From the NCBI GenBank assembly GCA_964016885.1, contig OZ024742.1:14012001-14076000 (forward strand): 64,000 nucleotides of DNA, written 5' to 3'. The notes under the pieces were generated by a model. It had not been told where the DNA came from. It saw only the letters and a list, made by a program, of their open reading frames with translations, and did not search any database. The position numbers and the translations under genes are program-made. The DNA comes from Eledone cirrhosa. Lineage: Eukaryota. Every line of letters begins with the position of its first letter. Position 1 is the first letter of the stretch. Positions 53,001 through 64,000 of the stretch are shown in pieces.

Positions 53001-56000
53001 CTAGCCTCAATGTGAGACCTAACCCTAGAAGTTACCACCTGACCTAGTCTAGCCTCAATGTGTGACGTTCTATCCCTAGAAGTGACCACCTGACCTAGTC
53101 TAGCCTCGATGTGAGACCTAACCCAAGAAGTAACCACCTGACCTAGTTTAGCCTCCAATGTGAGACCCAATCCTAGAAGTGACCACCTGACCTAGTGTAA
53201 CCTAACCCTAGAAGTGACCACCTGACCTAGTGTAACCTCAATGTGAGACCTAACCTTAGAAGTGACCAGCTGACCTTGTCTAGCCTCAATGTGTGACCTA
53301 TCCCTAGAAGTGACCACCTGACCTAGTGTAACCTAAACCTAGAAGTGACCACCTGACCTTGTCTAGCCTCAATGTGAGACCATCTAACGCAAGAAGTGAC
53401 CACCTGACCTACTCTAGCCTCAATATGAGACCATCTAACGGAAGAAGTGACCACCTGACCTAGTGTAACCTCAATGTGAGTCCTAACCCTAGAAGTGACC
53501 ACCTGACCTAGTCTAACCTCAATGTGAGACCTTGTAACCCTAGAAGTGACCACCTGACCTAGTCTAGCCTCAATGTGAGACCTTCTAACCCTAGAAGTGA
53601 ACACCTGACCTAGTCTAGCCTCAATGTGAGACCATCTAACCCTAGAAGTGACCACCTTACCTAGTCTAGCCTCAATATGAGACCATCTAACGCAAGAAGT
53701 GACCACCTGACCTAGTGTAACCTCAATGTGAGACCTAACCCTATAAGTGACCACCTGACCTAGTCTAGCCTCAATGTGTGACCTAACCCTAGAAGTGAAC
53801 ACCTGGCCTAGTCTAGCCTCAATATGAGACCATCTAACCCTAGAAGTGACCACCTTACCTAGTCTAGTCTCAATGTGAGACCTAGCCCTAGAAGTGACCA
53901 CCTGACCTAGTCTAGCCTCAATGTGAGACCTAACCCTAGCAGTGACCACCTGACCTAGTCTAGCCTCAATGTGAGACCTAACCCTAGAAGTGATCAGCTG
54001 ACCTAGTCTAGCCTCAATGTGTGACCTATCCCTAGAAGTGACCACCTGACCTAGTGTAACCTAACTCTAGAAGTGACCAACTGACCTAGTCTAGCCTAAA
54101 TGTGAGACCTAACCCTAGAAGTGACCACCTGACCTAGTCTAGCCTCAATGTGAGATCTAACCCTTGAAGTGACCACCTGACCTAGTCTAGCCTCATTGTG
54201 AGACCTAACCCAAGAAGTGACCACCTGACCTAGTCTAACCTCAATGTGAGACCTTCTAACCTTAGCAGTGACCACCTGACCTAGTCTAGCCTCAATGTGA
54301 GACCTAACCCTAGAAGTGACCACCTGACCTCGTCTATCCATAATCTGAGACTATCTAACCCAAGAAGTGACTACCTGACCTAGTGTAACCTCAATGTGAG
54401 ACCCTCTAACCCTAGAAGTGACCACCATAACTAGTCTAGCCTCAATGTGAGACCTAACCCTAGAAGTGACCACCTGACCTAGTGTAACCTCAATGTGAAA
54501 CCTAACCCTAGAAGTGACCACCTGACCTAGTCTAGCCTCAATGTGAGACTATCTAACCCAAGAAGTGACCACCTGACCTAGTCTAGCCTCAATGTGAGAC
54601 CTAACCCAAGAAGTGACCACCTGACCTAGTGTAACCTCAATCTGAGACCTAACCCTAGAAGTGACCACCTGACCTAGTCTAGGTTCGATGTGAGACCTAA
54701 CCCTAGAAGTGACAACCTGACCTAGTGTAAACTGAATGTGAGACCTAACCCAAGAAGTGACCACCTGACCTAGTCTAGCCTCAATGTGAGACGATCTAAC
54801 CCAAGAAGTGACCACCTGAACTAGTGTAACCTCCATGAGACCTAACCCTAGAAGTGACAACCTGACCTAGTCTAGCCTCAATGTGAGACCTAACCCTAGT
54901 AGTGACCACCTGACCTAGTCTAGCCTCAACGTGAGACCTAACCCTTGAAGTGACCACCTGACCTAATCTAGCCTCAATGTGAGACTATCTAACCCAAGAA
55001 GTGACCACCTGGCCTAGTCTAGCCTCAATGTGAGACCATCTAACCCTAGAAGAGACCACCTGACCTAGTCTAACCTCAATGTGAGACCTCTAACCCTAGA
55101 AGTGACCAGCTGACCTTGTCTAGCCTCAATGTTTGACCTTCTATCCCTAGAAGTGACCACCTGACCTAGTCTAGCCTCAATGTGAGATAATCTAACGCAA
55201 GAAGTGACAACCTGACCGAGTGTAAACTGAATGTGAGACCTAACCCAAGAAGTAACCACCTGACCTAGTCTAGCCTCCATGTGAGACCTAATCCTAGAAG
55301 TGACCACCTGACCTAGTCTAGCCTCAATGTGAGACCTAACCCTAGAGGTGATCAGCTGACCTAGTCTAGCCTCAATGTGTGACCTATCCCTAGAAGTGAC
55401 CACCTGACCTAGTGTAACCTAACTCTAGAAGTGACCAACTGACCTAGTCTAGCCTAAATGTGAGACCTAACCCTAGAAGTGACCACCTGACCTAGTCTAG
55501 CCTCAATGTGAGACCATCTAACGCAAGAAGTGACTACCTGACCTAGTGTAACCTCAATGTGAGACATAACCCTAGAAGTGACCACCTGACCTAGTCTAAC
55601 CTCAATGTGAGACCTTTTAATCCTAGAAGTGACCACCTCACCTAGTCTAGCCTCAATGTGAGACCTAACCCTAGAAGTGACCACCTGACCTAGTCTAGCC
55701 TCAATGTGAGATTTCTAACCCTAGAAGTGACAACCTGACCAAGTGTAAACTGAATGTGAGACCTTCTAACCCAAGAAGTGACCACCTGACCTAGTCTAGC
55801 CTCAATGTGAGACCTAACCCTAGAAGTGACCACCTGACCTACTCTGGCCTCAATGTGAGACCTAACCCTAGAAGTGACCACCTCACCTAGTCTAACCTCA
55901 ATGTGAGACCTCTAACCCTAGAAGTGACCAGCTGACCTTGTCTAGCCTCAATGTGTGACTTATCCCTAGAAGTGACCACCTGACCTAGTGTAACCTAAAC

Positions 56001-57159
56001 CTAGAAGTGACCACCTGACCTTGTCTAGCCTCACTGAGACCATCTAACGCAAGGAGTGACCACCTGACCTAGTGTAACCTCAATGTGAGACCTTCTAACC
56101 CTAGAAGTGACCACCTTACCTAGTCTAGTCTCAATGTGAGACCTAACTCTAGAGGTGACCACCTGACCTAGTCTAGCCTCAATATGAGATCTTACTCTAG
56201 AAGTGACCACCTGACCTAGTCTAGCCTCAATGTGAGACCTAACCTTAGCTGTGACCACCTGACCTAATCTAGTCTCAATGTGAGACTATCTAACCCAAGA
56301 AGTGACCAGCTGACCTAGTCTAGCTTCAATGTGAGACCTCTAACCCTAGAAGTGACCAGCTGACCTTGTCTAGCCTCACTGAGACCATCTAACGCAAGGA
56401 GTGACCACCTGACCTAGTGTAACCTCAATGTGAGACCTTCTAACCCTAGAAGTGACCACCTTACCTAGTCTAGTCTCAATGTGAGACCTAACCCTAGAAG
56501 TGACCACCTGACCTAGTCTAGCCTCAATGTGAGATCTTACTCTAGAAGTGACCACCTGACCTAGTCTAGCCTCAATGTGAGACCTAACCCTAGAAGTGAC
56601 CACCTGACCTAGTCTAGCCTCAATGTGAGACCTAACCTTAGAAGTGACCACCTGACCTAATCTAGTCTCAATGTGAGACTATCTAACCCAAGAAGTGACC
56701 AGCTGACCTAGTCTAGCTTCAATGTGAGACTTCTAACCCTAGAAGTGACAACCTGACCTAGTGTAAACTGAATGTGAGACCTAACCCTAGAAGTGACCAC
56801 CTGACGTAGTCTAACCTCAATGTTAGACCTAACCCTAGCAGTGACAACCTGACCTAGTCTAACCTCAATATGAGACCATCTAACGCAAGAAGTGACCACC
56901 TGACCTAGTGTAACCTCAATGTGAGACCTAACCCTATAAGTGACCACCTGACCTAGTCTAGCCTCAATGTGAGACCTTCTAACCCTAGAAGTGAACACCT
57001 GACCTAGTCTAGCCTCAATATGAGACCATCTAACCCTAGAAGTGACCACCTTACCTAGTCTAGTCTCAATGTGAGACCTAGCCATAGAAGTGACCACCTG
57101 ACCTAGTCTAGCCTCAATGTGAGATCTAACCCTAGAAGTGACCACCTAACTTAGTCTAG

Positions 57160-59390
57160 CCTCAATGTGAGACCTTCTCACCTTAGAAGTGACCACCTGA
57201 CCTAATCTAGTCTCAATGTGAGACTATCTAACCCAAGAAGTGACCAGCTGACCTAGTCTAGCCTCAATGTGAGACTTCTAACCCTAGAAGTGACAACCTG
57301 ACCTAGTGTAAACTGAATGAGACCTAACCCAAGAAGTGACCACCTGACCTAGTCTAGCCTCAATGTGAGACGATCTAACCCAAGAAGTGACCACCTGAAC
57401 TAGTGTAACCTCAATGAGACCTAACCCTAGAAGTGACAACCTGACCTAGTCTAGCCTCAATGTGAGACCTAACCCTAGCAGTGACCACCTGACCTAGTCT
57501 AGCCTCAACGTGAGACCTAACCCTAGAAGTGACCACCTGACCTAATCTAGCCTCAATGTGAGACTCTCTAACCCAAGAAGTGACCACCTGACCTAGTCTA
57601 GCCTCAATGTGAGACCATCTAACCCTAGAAGTGACCACCTGACCTAGTCTAACCTCAATGTGAGACCTCTAACCCTAGAAGTGACCAGCTGACCTTGTCT
57701 AGCCTCAATGTTTGGCCTATCCCTAGAAGTGACCACCTGACCTAGTCTAGCCTCAATGTGAGATAATCTAGCGCAAGAAGTGACCACCTGACCTAGTGTA
57801 ACCTCAATGTGAGACCTAACCCTAGAAGTGACCAGCTGACCTAGTCTAGCCTCAATGTGAGACTTCTAACCCTAGAAGTGACCACCTTACCTAGTCTAGC
57901 CTCAATATGAGACCACCTGACCTAGTGTAACCTCAATGTGAGACCTAACCCTATAAGTGATCACCTGACCTAGTCTAGCCTCAATGTGAGACCTAACCCT
58001 AGAAGTGAACACCTGGCCTAGTCTAGCCTCAATATGAGACCATCTAACCCTAGAAGTGACCACCTTACCTAGTCTAGTCTCAATGTGAGACCTAGCCCTA
58101 GAAGTGACAACCTGACCTAGTCTAGCCTCAATGTGAGATTTAACCCTAGAAGTGACCACCTGACTTAGTCTAGCCTCAATGTGAGACCTTCTAACCTTAG
58201 AAGTGACCACCTGTCCTAATCTAGTCTCAATGTGAGACTATCTAACCCAAGAAGTGACCAGCTGACCTAGTCTAGCCTCAATGTGAGACCTTCTCACCTT
58301 AGAAGTGACCACCTGACCTAATCTAGTCTCAATGTGAGACTATCTAACCCAAGAAGTGACCAGCTGACCTAGTCTAGCCTCAATGTGAGACTTCTAACCC
58401 TAGAAGTGACAACCTGACCTAGTGTAAACTGAATGAGACCTAACCCAAGAAGTGACCACCTGACCTAGTCTAGCCTCAATGTGAGACGATCTAACCCAAG
58501 AAGTGACCACCTGAACTAGTGTAACCTCAATGAGACCTAACCCTAGAAGTGACAACCTGACCTAGTCTAGCCTCAATGTGAGACCTAACCCTAGCAGTGA
58601 CCACCTGACCTAGTCTAGCCTCAACGTGAGACCTAACCCTAGAAGTGACCACCTGACCTAATCTAGCCTCAATGTGAGACTCTCTAACCCAAGAAGTGAC
58701 CACCTGACCTAGTCTAGCCTCAATGTGAGACCATCTAACCCTAGAAGTGACCACCTGACCTAGTCTAACCTCAATGTGAGACCTCTAACCCTAGAAGTGA
58801 CCAGCTGACCTTGTCTAGCCTCAATGTTTGACCTATCCCTAGAAGTGACCACCTGACCTAGTCTAGCCTCAATGTGAGATAATCTAGCGCAAGAAGTGAC
58901 CACCTGACCTAGTGTAACCTCAATGTGAGACCTAACCCTAGAAGTGACCAGCTGACCTACTCTAGCCTCAATGTGAGACTTCTAGCCCTAGAAGTGACCA
59001 CCTTACCTAGTCTAGCCTCAATATGAGACCACCTGACCTAGTGTAACCTCAATGTGAGACCTAACCCTATAAGTGATCACCTGACCTAGTCTAGCGTCAA
59101 TGTGAGACCTAACCCTAGAAGTGAACACCTGGCCTAGTCTAGCCTCAATATGAGACCATCTAACCCTAGAAGTGACCACCTTACCTAGTCTAGTCTCAAT
59201 GTGAGACCTAGCCCTAGAAGTGACAACCTGACCTAGTCTAGCCTCAATGTGAGATTTAACCCTAGAAGTGACCACCTGACTTAGTCTAGCCTCAATGTGA
59301 GACCTAACCTTAGAAGTGACCACCTGTCCTAATCTAGTCTCAATGTGAGACTATCTAACCCAAGAAGTGACCAGCTGACCTAGTCTAGCC
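57160..59390. repeat. Tandem duplication, 1116-bp unit
   Basis: ORFs 57411 and 57902 recur at 58527 and 59018; marker cacctgtcctaatc at ~58210 and ~59325. Confidence 0.88.
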
Positions 59391-62300
59391 TCAATGTGAG
59401 ACTTCTAACCCTAGAAGTGACAACCTGACCTAGTGTAAACTGAATGTGAGACCTAACCCAAGAAGTGACCACCTGACCTAGTCTAGCCTCAATCTGAGAC
59501 GATCTAACCCAAGAAGTGACCACCTGAACTAGTGTAACCTCAATGAGACCTAACCCTAGAAGTGACAACCTAACCTAGTCTAGCCTCAATGTGAGACCTA
59601 ACCCTAGTAGTGACCACCTGACCTAGTCTAGCCTCAACGTGAGACCTAACCCTAGAAGTGACCACCTGACCTAATCTAGCCTCAATGTGAGACTATCTAA
59701 CCCAAGAAGTGACCACCTGACCTAGTCTAGCCTCAATGTGAGACTATCTAACCCAAGAAGTGACCACCTGACCTAGTCTAACCTCAATGTGAGACCTCTA
59801 ACCCTAGAAGTGACCAGCTGACCTTGTCTAGCCTCAATGTTTGACCTTCTATCCCTAGAAGTGACCACCTGACCTAGTCTAGCCTCAATGTGAGATAATC
59901 TAACGCAAGAAGTGAACACCTGACCTAGTGTAACCTCAATGTGAGACCTAACCCTAGAAGTGACCAGCTGACCTAGTCTAGCCTCAATGTGAGACTTCTA
60001 ACCCTAGAAGTGACAACCTGACCGAGTGTAAACTGAATGAGACCTAACCCAAGAAGTAACCACCTGACCTAGTCTAGCCTCCATGTGAGACCTAATCCTA
60101 GAAGTGACCACCTGACCTAGTCTAGCCTCAATATGAGACCTAACCCTAGAAGTGATCAGCTGACCTAGTCTAGCCTCAATGTGTGACCTATCCCTAGAAG
60201 TGACCACCTGACCTAGTGTAACCTAACTCTAGAAGTGACCAACTGACCTAGTCTAGCCTAAATGTGAGACCTAACCCTAGAAGTGACCACCTGACCTAGT
60301 CTAGCCTCAATGTGAGACCAACTAACGCAAGAAGTGACCACCTGACCTAGTCTAGCCTCAATGTGAGACCTAACCCTAGAAGTGACCACCTGACCTAGTC
60401 TAACCTCAATGTGAGACCTTTTAACCCTAGAACTGACCACCTGACCTAGTCTAGCCTCAATGTGAGACCTAACCCTAGAAGTGACCACCTGACCTAGTCT
60501 AACCTCAATGTGAGACCTTTTAACCCTAGAACTGACCACCTGACCTAGTCTAGCCTCAATGTGAGACCTAACCCTAGAAGTGACCACCTGACCTAGTCTA
60601 GCCTCAATGTGAGATTTCTAACCCTAGAAGTGACAACCTGACCAAGTGTAAACTGAATGTGAGACCTAACCCAAGAAGTGACCACCTGACCTAGTCTAGC
60701 CTCAATGTGAGACCTAACCCTAGAAGTGACCACCTGACCTAGTCTAGCCTCAATGTGAGACCTATCCCTAGAAGTGACCACCTCACCTAGTCTAACCTCA
60801 ATGTGAGACCTCTAACCCTAGAAGTGACCAGCTGACCTAGTCTAGCCTCAATGTGAGATAATCTAACGCAAGAAGTGACCACCTGACCTAGTGTAACCTC
60901 AATGTGAGACCTAACCCTAGAAGTGACCAGCTGACCTAGTCTAGCCTCAATGTGAGACTTCTAACCCTAGAAGTGACAACCTGACCGAGTGTAAACTGAA
61001 TGTGAGACCTAACCCAAGAAGTAACCACCTGACCTAGTCTAGCCTCAATGTGAGACTATCTAACCCAAGAAGTGACCACCTGACCTAGTCTAACCTCAAT
61101 GTGAGACCTCTAACCCTAGAAGTGACCAGCTGACCTTGTCTAGCCTCAATGTTTGACCTTCTATCCCTAGAAGTGACCACCTGACCTAGTCTAGCCTCAA
61201 TGTGAGATAATCTAACGCAAGAAGTGAACACCTGACCTAGTGTAACCTCAATGTGAGACCTAACCCTAGAAGTGACCAGCTGACCTAGTCTAGCCTCAAT
61301 GTGAGACTTCTAACCCTAGAAGTGACAACCTGACCGAGTGTAAACTGAATGAGACCTAACCCAAGAAGTAACCACCTGACCTAGTCTAGCCTCCATGTGA
61401 GACCTAATCCTAGAAGTGACCACCTGACCTAGTCTAGCCTCAATATGAGACCTAACCCTAGAAGTGATCAGCTGACCTAGTCTAGCCTCAATGTGTGACC
61501 TATCCCTAGAAGTGACCACCTGACCTAGTGTAACCTAACTCTAGAAGTGACCAACTGACCTAGTCTAGCCTAAATGTGAGACCTAACCCTAGAAGTGACC
61601 ACCTGACCTAGTCTAGCCTCAATGTGAGACCAACTAACGCAAGAAGTGACCACCTGACCTAGTCTAGCCTCAATGTGAGACCTAACCCTAGAAGTGACCA
61701 CCTGACCTTGTCTAACCTCAATGTGAGACCTTTTAACCCTAGAACTGACCACCTGACCTAGTCTAGCCTCAATGTGAGACCTAACCCTAGAAGTGACCAC
61801 CTGACCTAGTCTAACCTCAATGTGAGACCTTTTAACCCTAGAACTGACCACCTGACCTAGTCTAGCCTCAATGTGAGACCTAACCCTAGAAGTGACCACC
61901 TGACCTAGTCTAGCCTCAATGTGAGATTTCTAACCCTAGAAGTGACAACCTGACCAAGTGTAAACTGAATGTGAGACCTAACCCAAGAAGTGACCACCTG
62001 ACCTAGTCTAGCCTCAATGTGAGACCTAACCCTAGAAGTGACCACCTGACCTAGTCTAGCCTCAATGTGAGACCTATCCCTAGAAGTGACCACCTCACCT
62101 AGTCTAACCTCAATGTGAGACCTCTAACCCTAGAAGTGACCAGCTGACCTAGTCTAGCCTCAATGTGAGATAATCTAACGCAAGAAGTGACCACCTGACC
62201 TAGTGTAACCTCAATGTGAGACCTAACCCTAGAAGTGACCAGCTGACCTAGTCTAGCCTCAATGTGAGACTTCTAACCCTAGAAGTGACAACCTGACCGA

Positions 62301-63600
62301 GTGTAAACTGAATGTGAGACCTAACCCAAGAAGTAACCACCTGACCTAGTCTAGCCTCCAATGTGAGACCTAATCCTAGAAGTGACCACCTGACCTAGTC
62401 TAGCCTTAATGTGAGACCTAAGCCTAGAAGTGATCAGCTGACCTAGTCTAGCCTCAATGTGTGACCTATCCCTAGAAGTGACCACCTGACCTAGTCTAGC
62501 CTCAATGTGAGACCATCTAACGCAAGAAGTGACCACCTGACCTAGTGTAACCTCATTGTGAGACATAACCCTAGAAGTGACCACCTGACCTAGTCTAACC
62601 TCAATGTGAGACCTTTTAACCCTAGAAGTGACCACCTGACCTAGTCTAGCCTCAATGTGAGACCTAACCCTAGAAGTGACCACCTGACCTAGTCTAGCCT
62701 CAATGTGAGACTTCTAACTCTAGAAGTGACAACCTGACCTAGTGTAAACTGAATGTGAAACCTAACCCAAGCTGTGACCACCTGACCTATTCTAGCCTCA
62801 ATGTGAGACGATCTAACCCAAGAAGTGACCACCTGAACTAGTGTAACCTCAATGAGACCTAACCCTAGAAGTGACAACCTGACCTAGTATAGCCTCAATG
62901 TGAGACCTAACCCTAGCAATGACCGCCTGACCTAGTCTAGCCTCAACGTGAGACCTAACCCTAGAAGTGACCACCTGACCTAATCTAGCCTCAATGTGAG
63001 ACTATCTAACCCAAGAAGTGACCACCTGTCCTAGTCTAGCCTCAATGTGAGACCATCTAACCCTAGAAGTGACCACCTGACGTAGTCTAACCTCAATGTG
63101 AGACCTCTAACCCTAGAAGTGACCAGCTGACCTTGTCTAGCCTCAATGTTTGACCTTCTATCCCTAGAAGTGACCACCTGACCTAGTCTAGCCTCAATGT
63201 GAGATAATCTAACGCAAGAAGTGACCACCTGACCTAGTGTAACCTCAATGTGAGACCTAACCCTAGAAGTGACCAGCTGACCTAGTCTAGCCTCAATGTG
63301 AGACTTCTAACCCTAGAAGTGACAACCTGACCGAGTGTAAACTGAATGTGAGACCTTCTAACCCAAGAAGTGACCACCTGACCTAGTCTAGCCTCAATCT
63401 GAGACCTTCTAACCCTAGAAGTGACCACCTGACCTAGTCTAACCTCAATGTGAGACCTTCTAACCCAAGAAGTGACCACCTGACCTAGTCTAGCCTCAGT
63501 GTGAGACCTTCTCACCCTAGAAGTGACCACCTGACCTAGTCTAGCCTCAATGTGAGACTATCTAACCCAAGAAGTGACCACCTGACCTAGTCTAGCCTCA
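58500..63600. repeat. Long-range direct copy of 18400-21900
   Basis: ORFs 18423/18914/19812/20066/20302 correspond to 58527/59018/60004/60258/60593; ORFs 20748/21086/21428/21679 correspond to 62351/62689/63031/63282 (constant offset 41603). Confidence 0.9.
59720..62350. repeat. Tandem duplication, 1312-bp unit
   Basis: ORFs 60004/60258/60593 recur at 61316/61570/61905; private marker gaccaactaacgc at ~60318 and ~61630. Confidence 0.9.
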
Positions 63601-64000
63601 ATGTGAGACCTAACCCTAGAAGTGACCACCTGACCTAGTCTAGCCTCAATGTGAGACTTCTAACCCTAGAAGTGACAACCTGACCGAGTGTAAATTGAAT
63701 GTGAGACCTTGTAACCCTAGAAGTCACCACCTGACCTAGTCTAACCTCAATGTGAGACCTAACCCTAGCAGTGACCACCTGACCTAGTCTAGCCTCAATG
63801 TGAGACCTAACCCTAGAAGTTACCACCTGACCTAGTCTAGCCTCAATGTGTGACCTTCTATCCCTAGAAGTGACCACCTGACCTAGTCTAGCCTCGATGT
63901 GAGACCTAACCCAAGAAGTAACCACCTGACCTAGTTTAGCCTCCAATGTGAGACCCAATCCTAGAAGTGACCACCTGACCTAGTGTAACCTAACCCTAGA

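Larger units (their letters stand above)
1..64000. repeat. Tandem satellite array, 48-bp consensus monomer with 50/51-bp variants, about 1,300 copies, single orientation, continuing past both window edges
   Basis: Consensus CCTAACCCTAGAAGTGACCACCTGACCTAGTCTAGCCTCAATGTGAGA recurs continuously; all ORFs are on the minus strand with the same 16-aa period SHIEARLGQVVTSRVR; no inversion or non-repeat insertion seen. Confidence 0.99.

Noticed and set aside
137-63958. Many minus-strand ORFs of 60-240 aa with repeat SHIEARLGQVVTSRVR (giant repeat protein or variable-cassette system)
   Set aside because: 48 bp equals 16 codons and one frame lacks stops by chance. Common variants frameshift (50, 49, 46, 35 bp) or add a TAG stop (TAT slot), starts are mostly internal GTG, and there is no unique N- or C-terminus.
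1-64000. CRISPR array or other repeat-spacer system
   Set aside because: No unique spacers; the variable slot is only 0-3 nt with few states; no cas genes or leader.
1-64000. Canonical telomerase-made telomere tract
   Set aside because: Never more than about 1.7 consecutive CCCTAA units, and variants are inherited in kb-scale blocks, which template-directed addition would not produce.
1-64000. Strong G-quadruplex array on the minus strand
   Set aside because: Only one GGG per 48 bp; the remaining tracts are GG, giving at most weak two-tier structures.
1-64000. Assignment to a named satellite family, organism, or CENP-B box
   Set aside because: I do not recognise the monomer, and the CpG-containing CENP-B box is absent; a Dfam/Repbase/BLAST search is required.
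1-64000. Recombination-site array (integron attC, shufflon) or pure sequencing concatemer
   Set aside because: No cassettes, recombinase or inverted segments; consistent shared SNPs across distant blocks indicate real evolutionary structure, though individual tandem duplications could still be misassembled.

Overview
The whole 64 kb window is one uninterrupted, head-to-tail satellite DNA array of roughly 1,300 monomers, all in one orientation. I found no unique sequence, gene, RNA gene, transposon or CRISPR. The consensus monomer is 48 bp (CCTAACCCTAGAAGTGACCACCTGACCTAGTCTAGCCTCAATGTGAGA; 50% GC, no CpG, three CTAG sites), with common 50/51-bp variants and rarer deletion variants of about 25-46 bp. 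Its minus strand reads like a string of degenerate telomere-type words (TTGAGG CTAGA CTAGG TCAGG TGG TCAC TTCTAGGG TTAGG). The listed ORFs are artefacts of a 16-codon, stop-free frame. The informative signal is hierarchical structure: an old ~590-bp 12-mer cycle, a homogeneous central domain (~26-52 kb) built from a 3207/3209-bp higher-order repeat (HOR) with nested duplications, and two flanks (1-25 kb, 52.6-64 kb) made of the same blocks in direct orientation. The source is most likely eukaryotic heterochromatin (subtelomeric or centromeric); the organism cannot be identified from this sequence. I cannot support a novel protein-coding system here. Offsets were read by eye and from the ORF track, so block boundaries are approximate to about one monomer.
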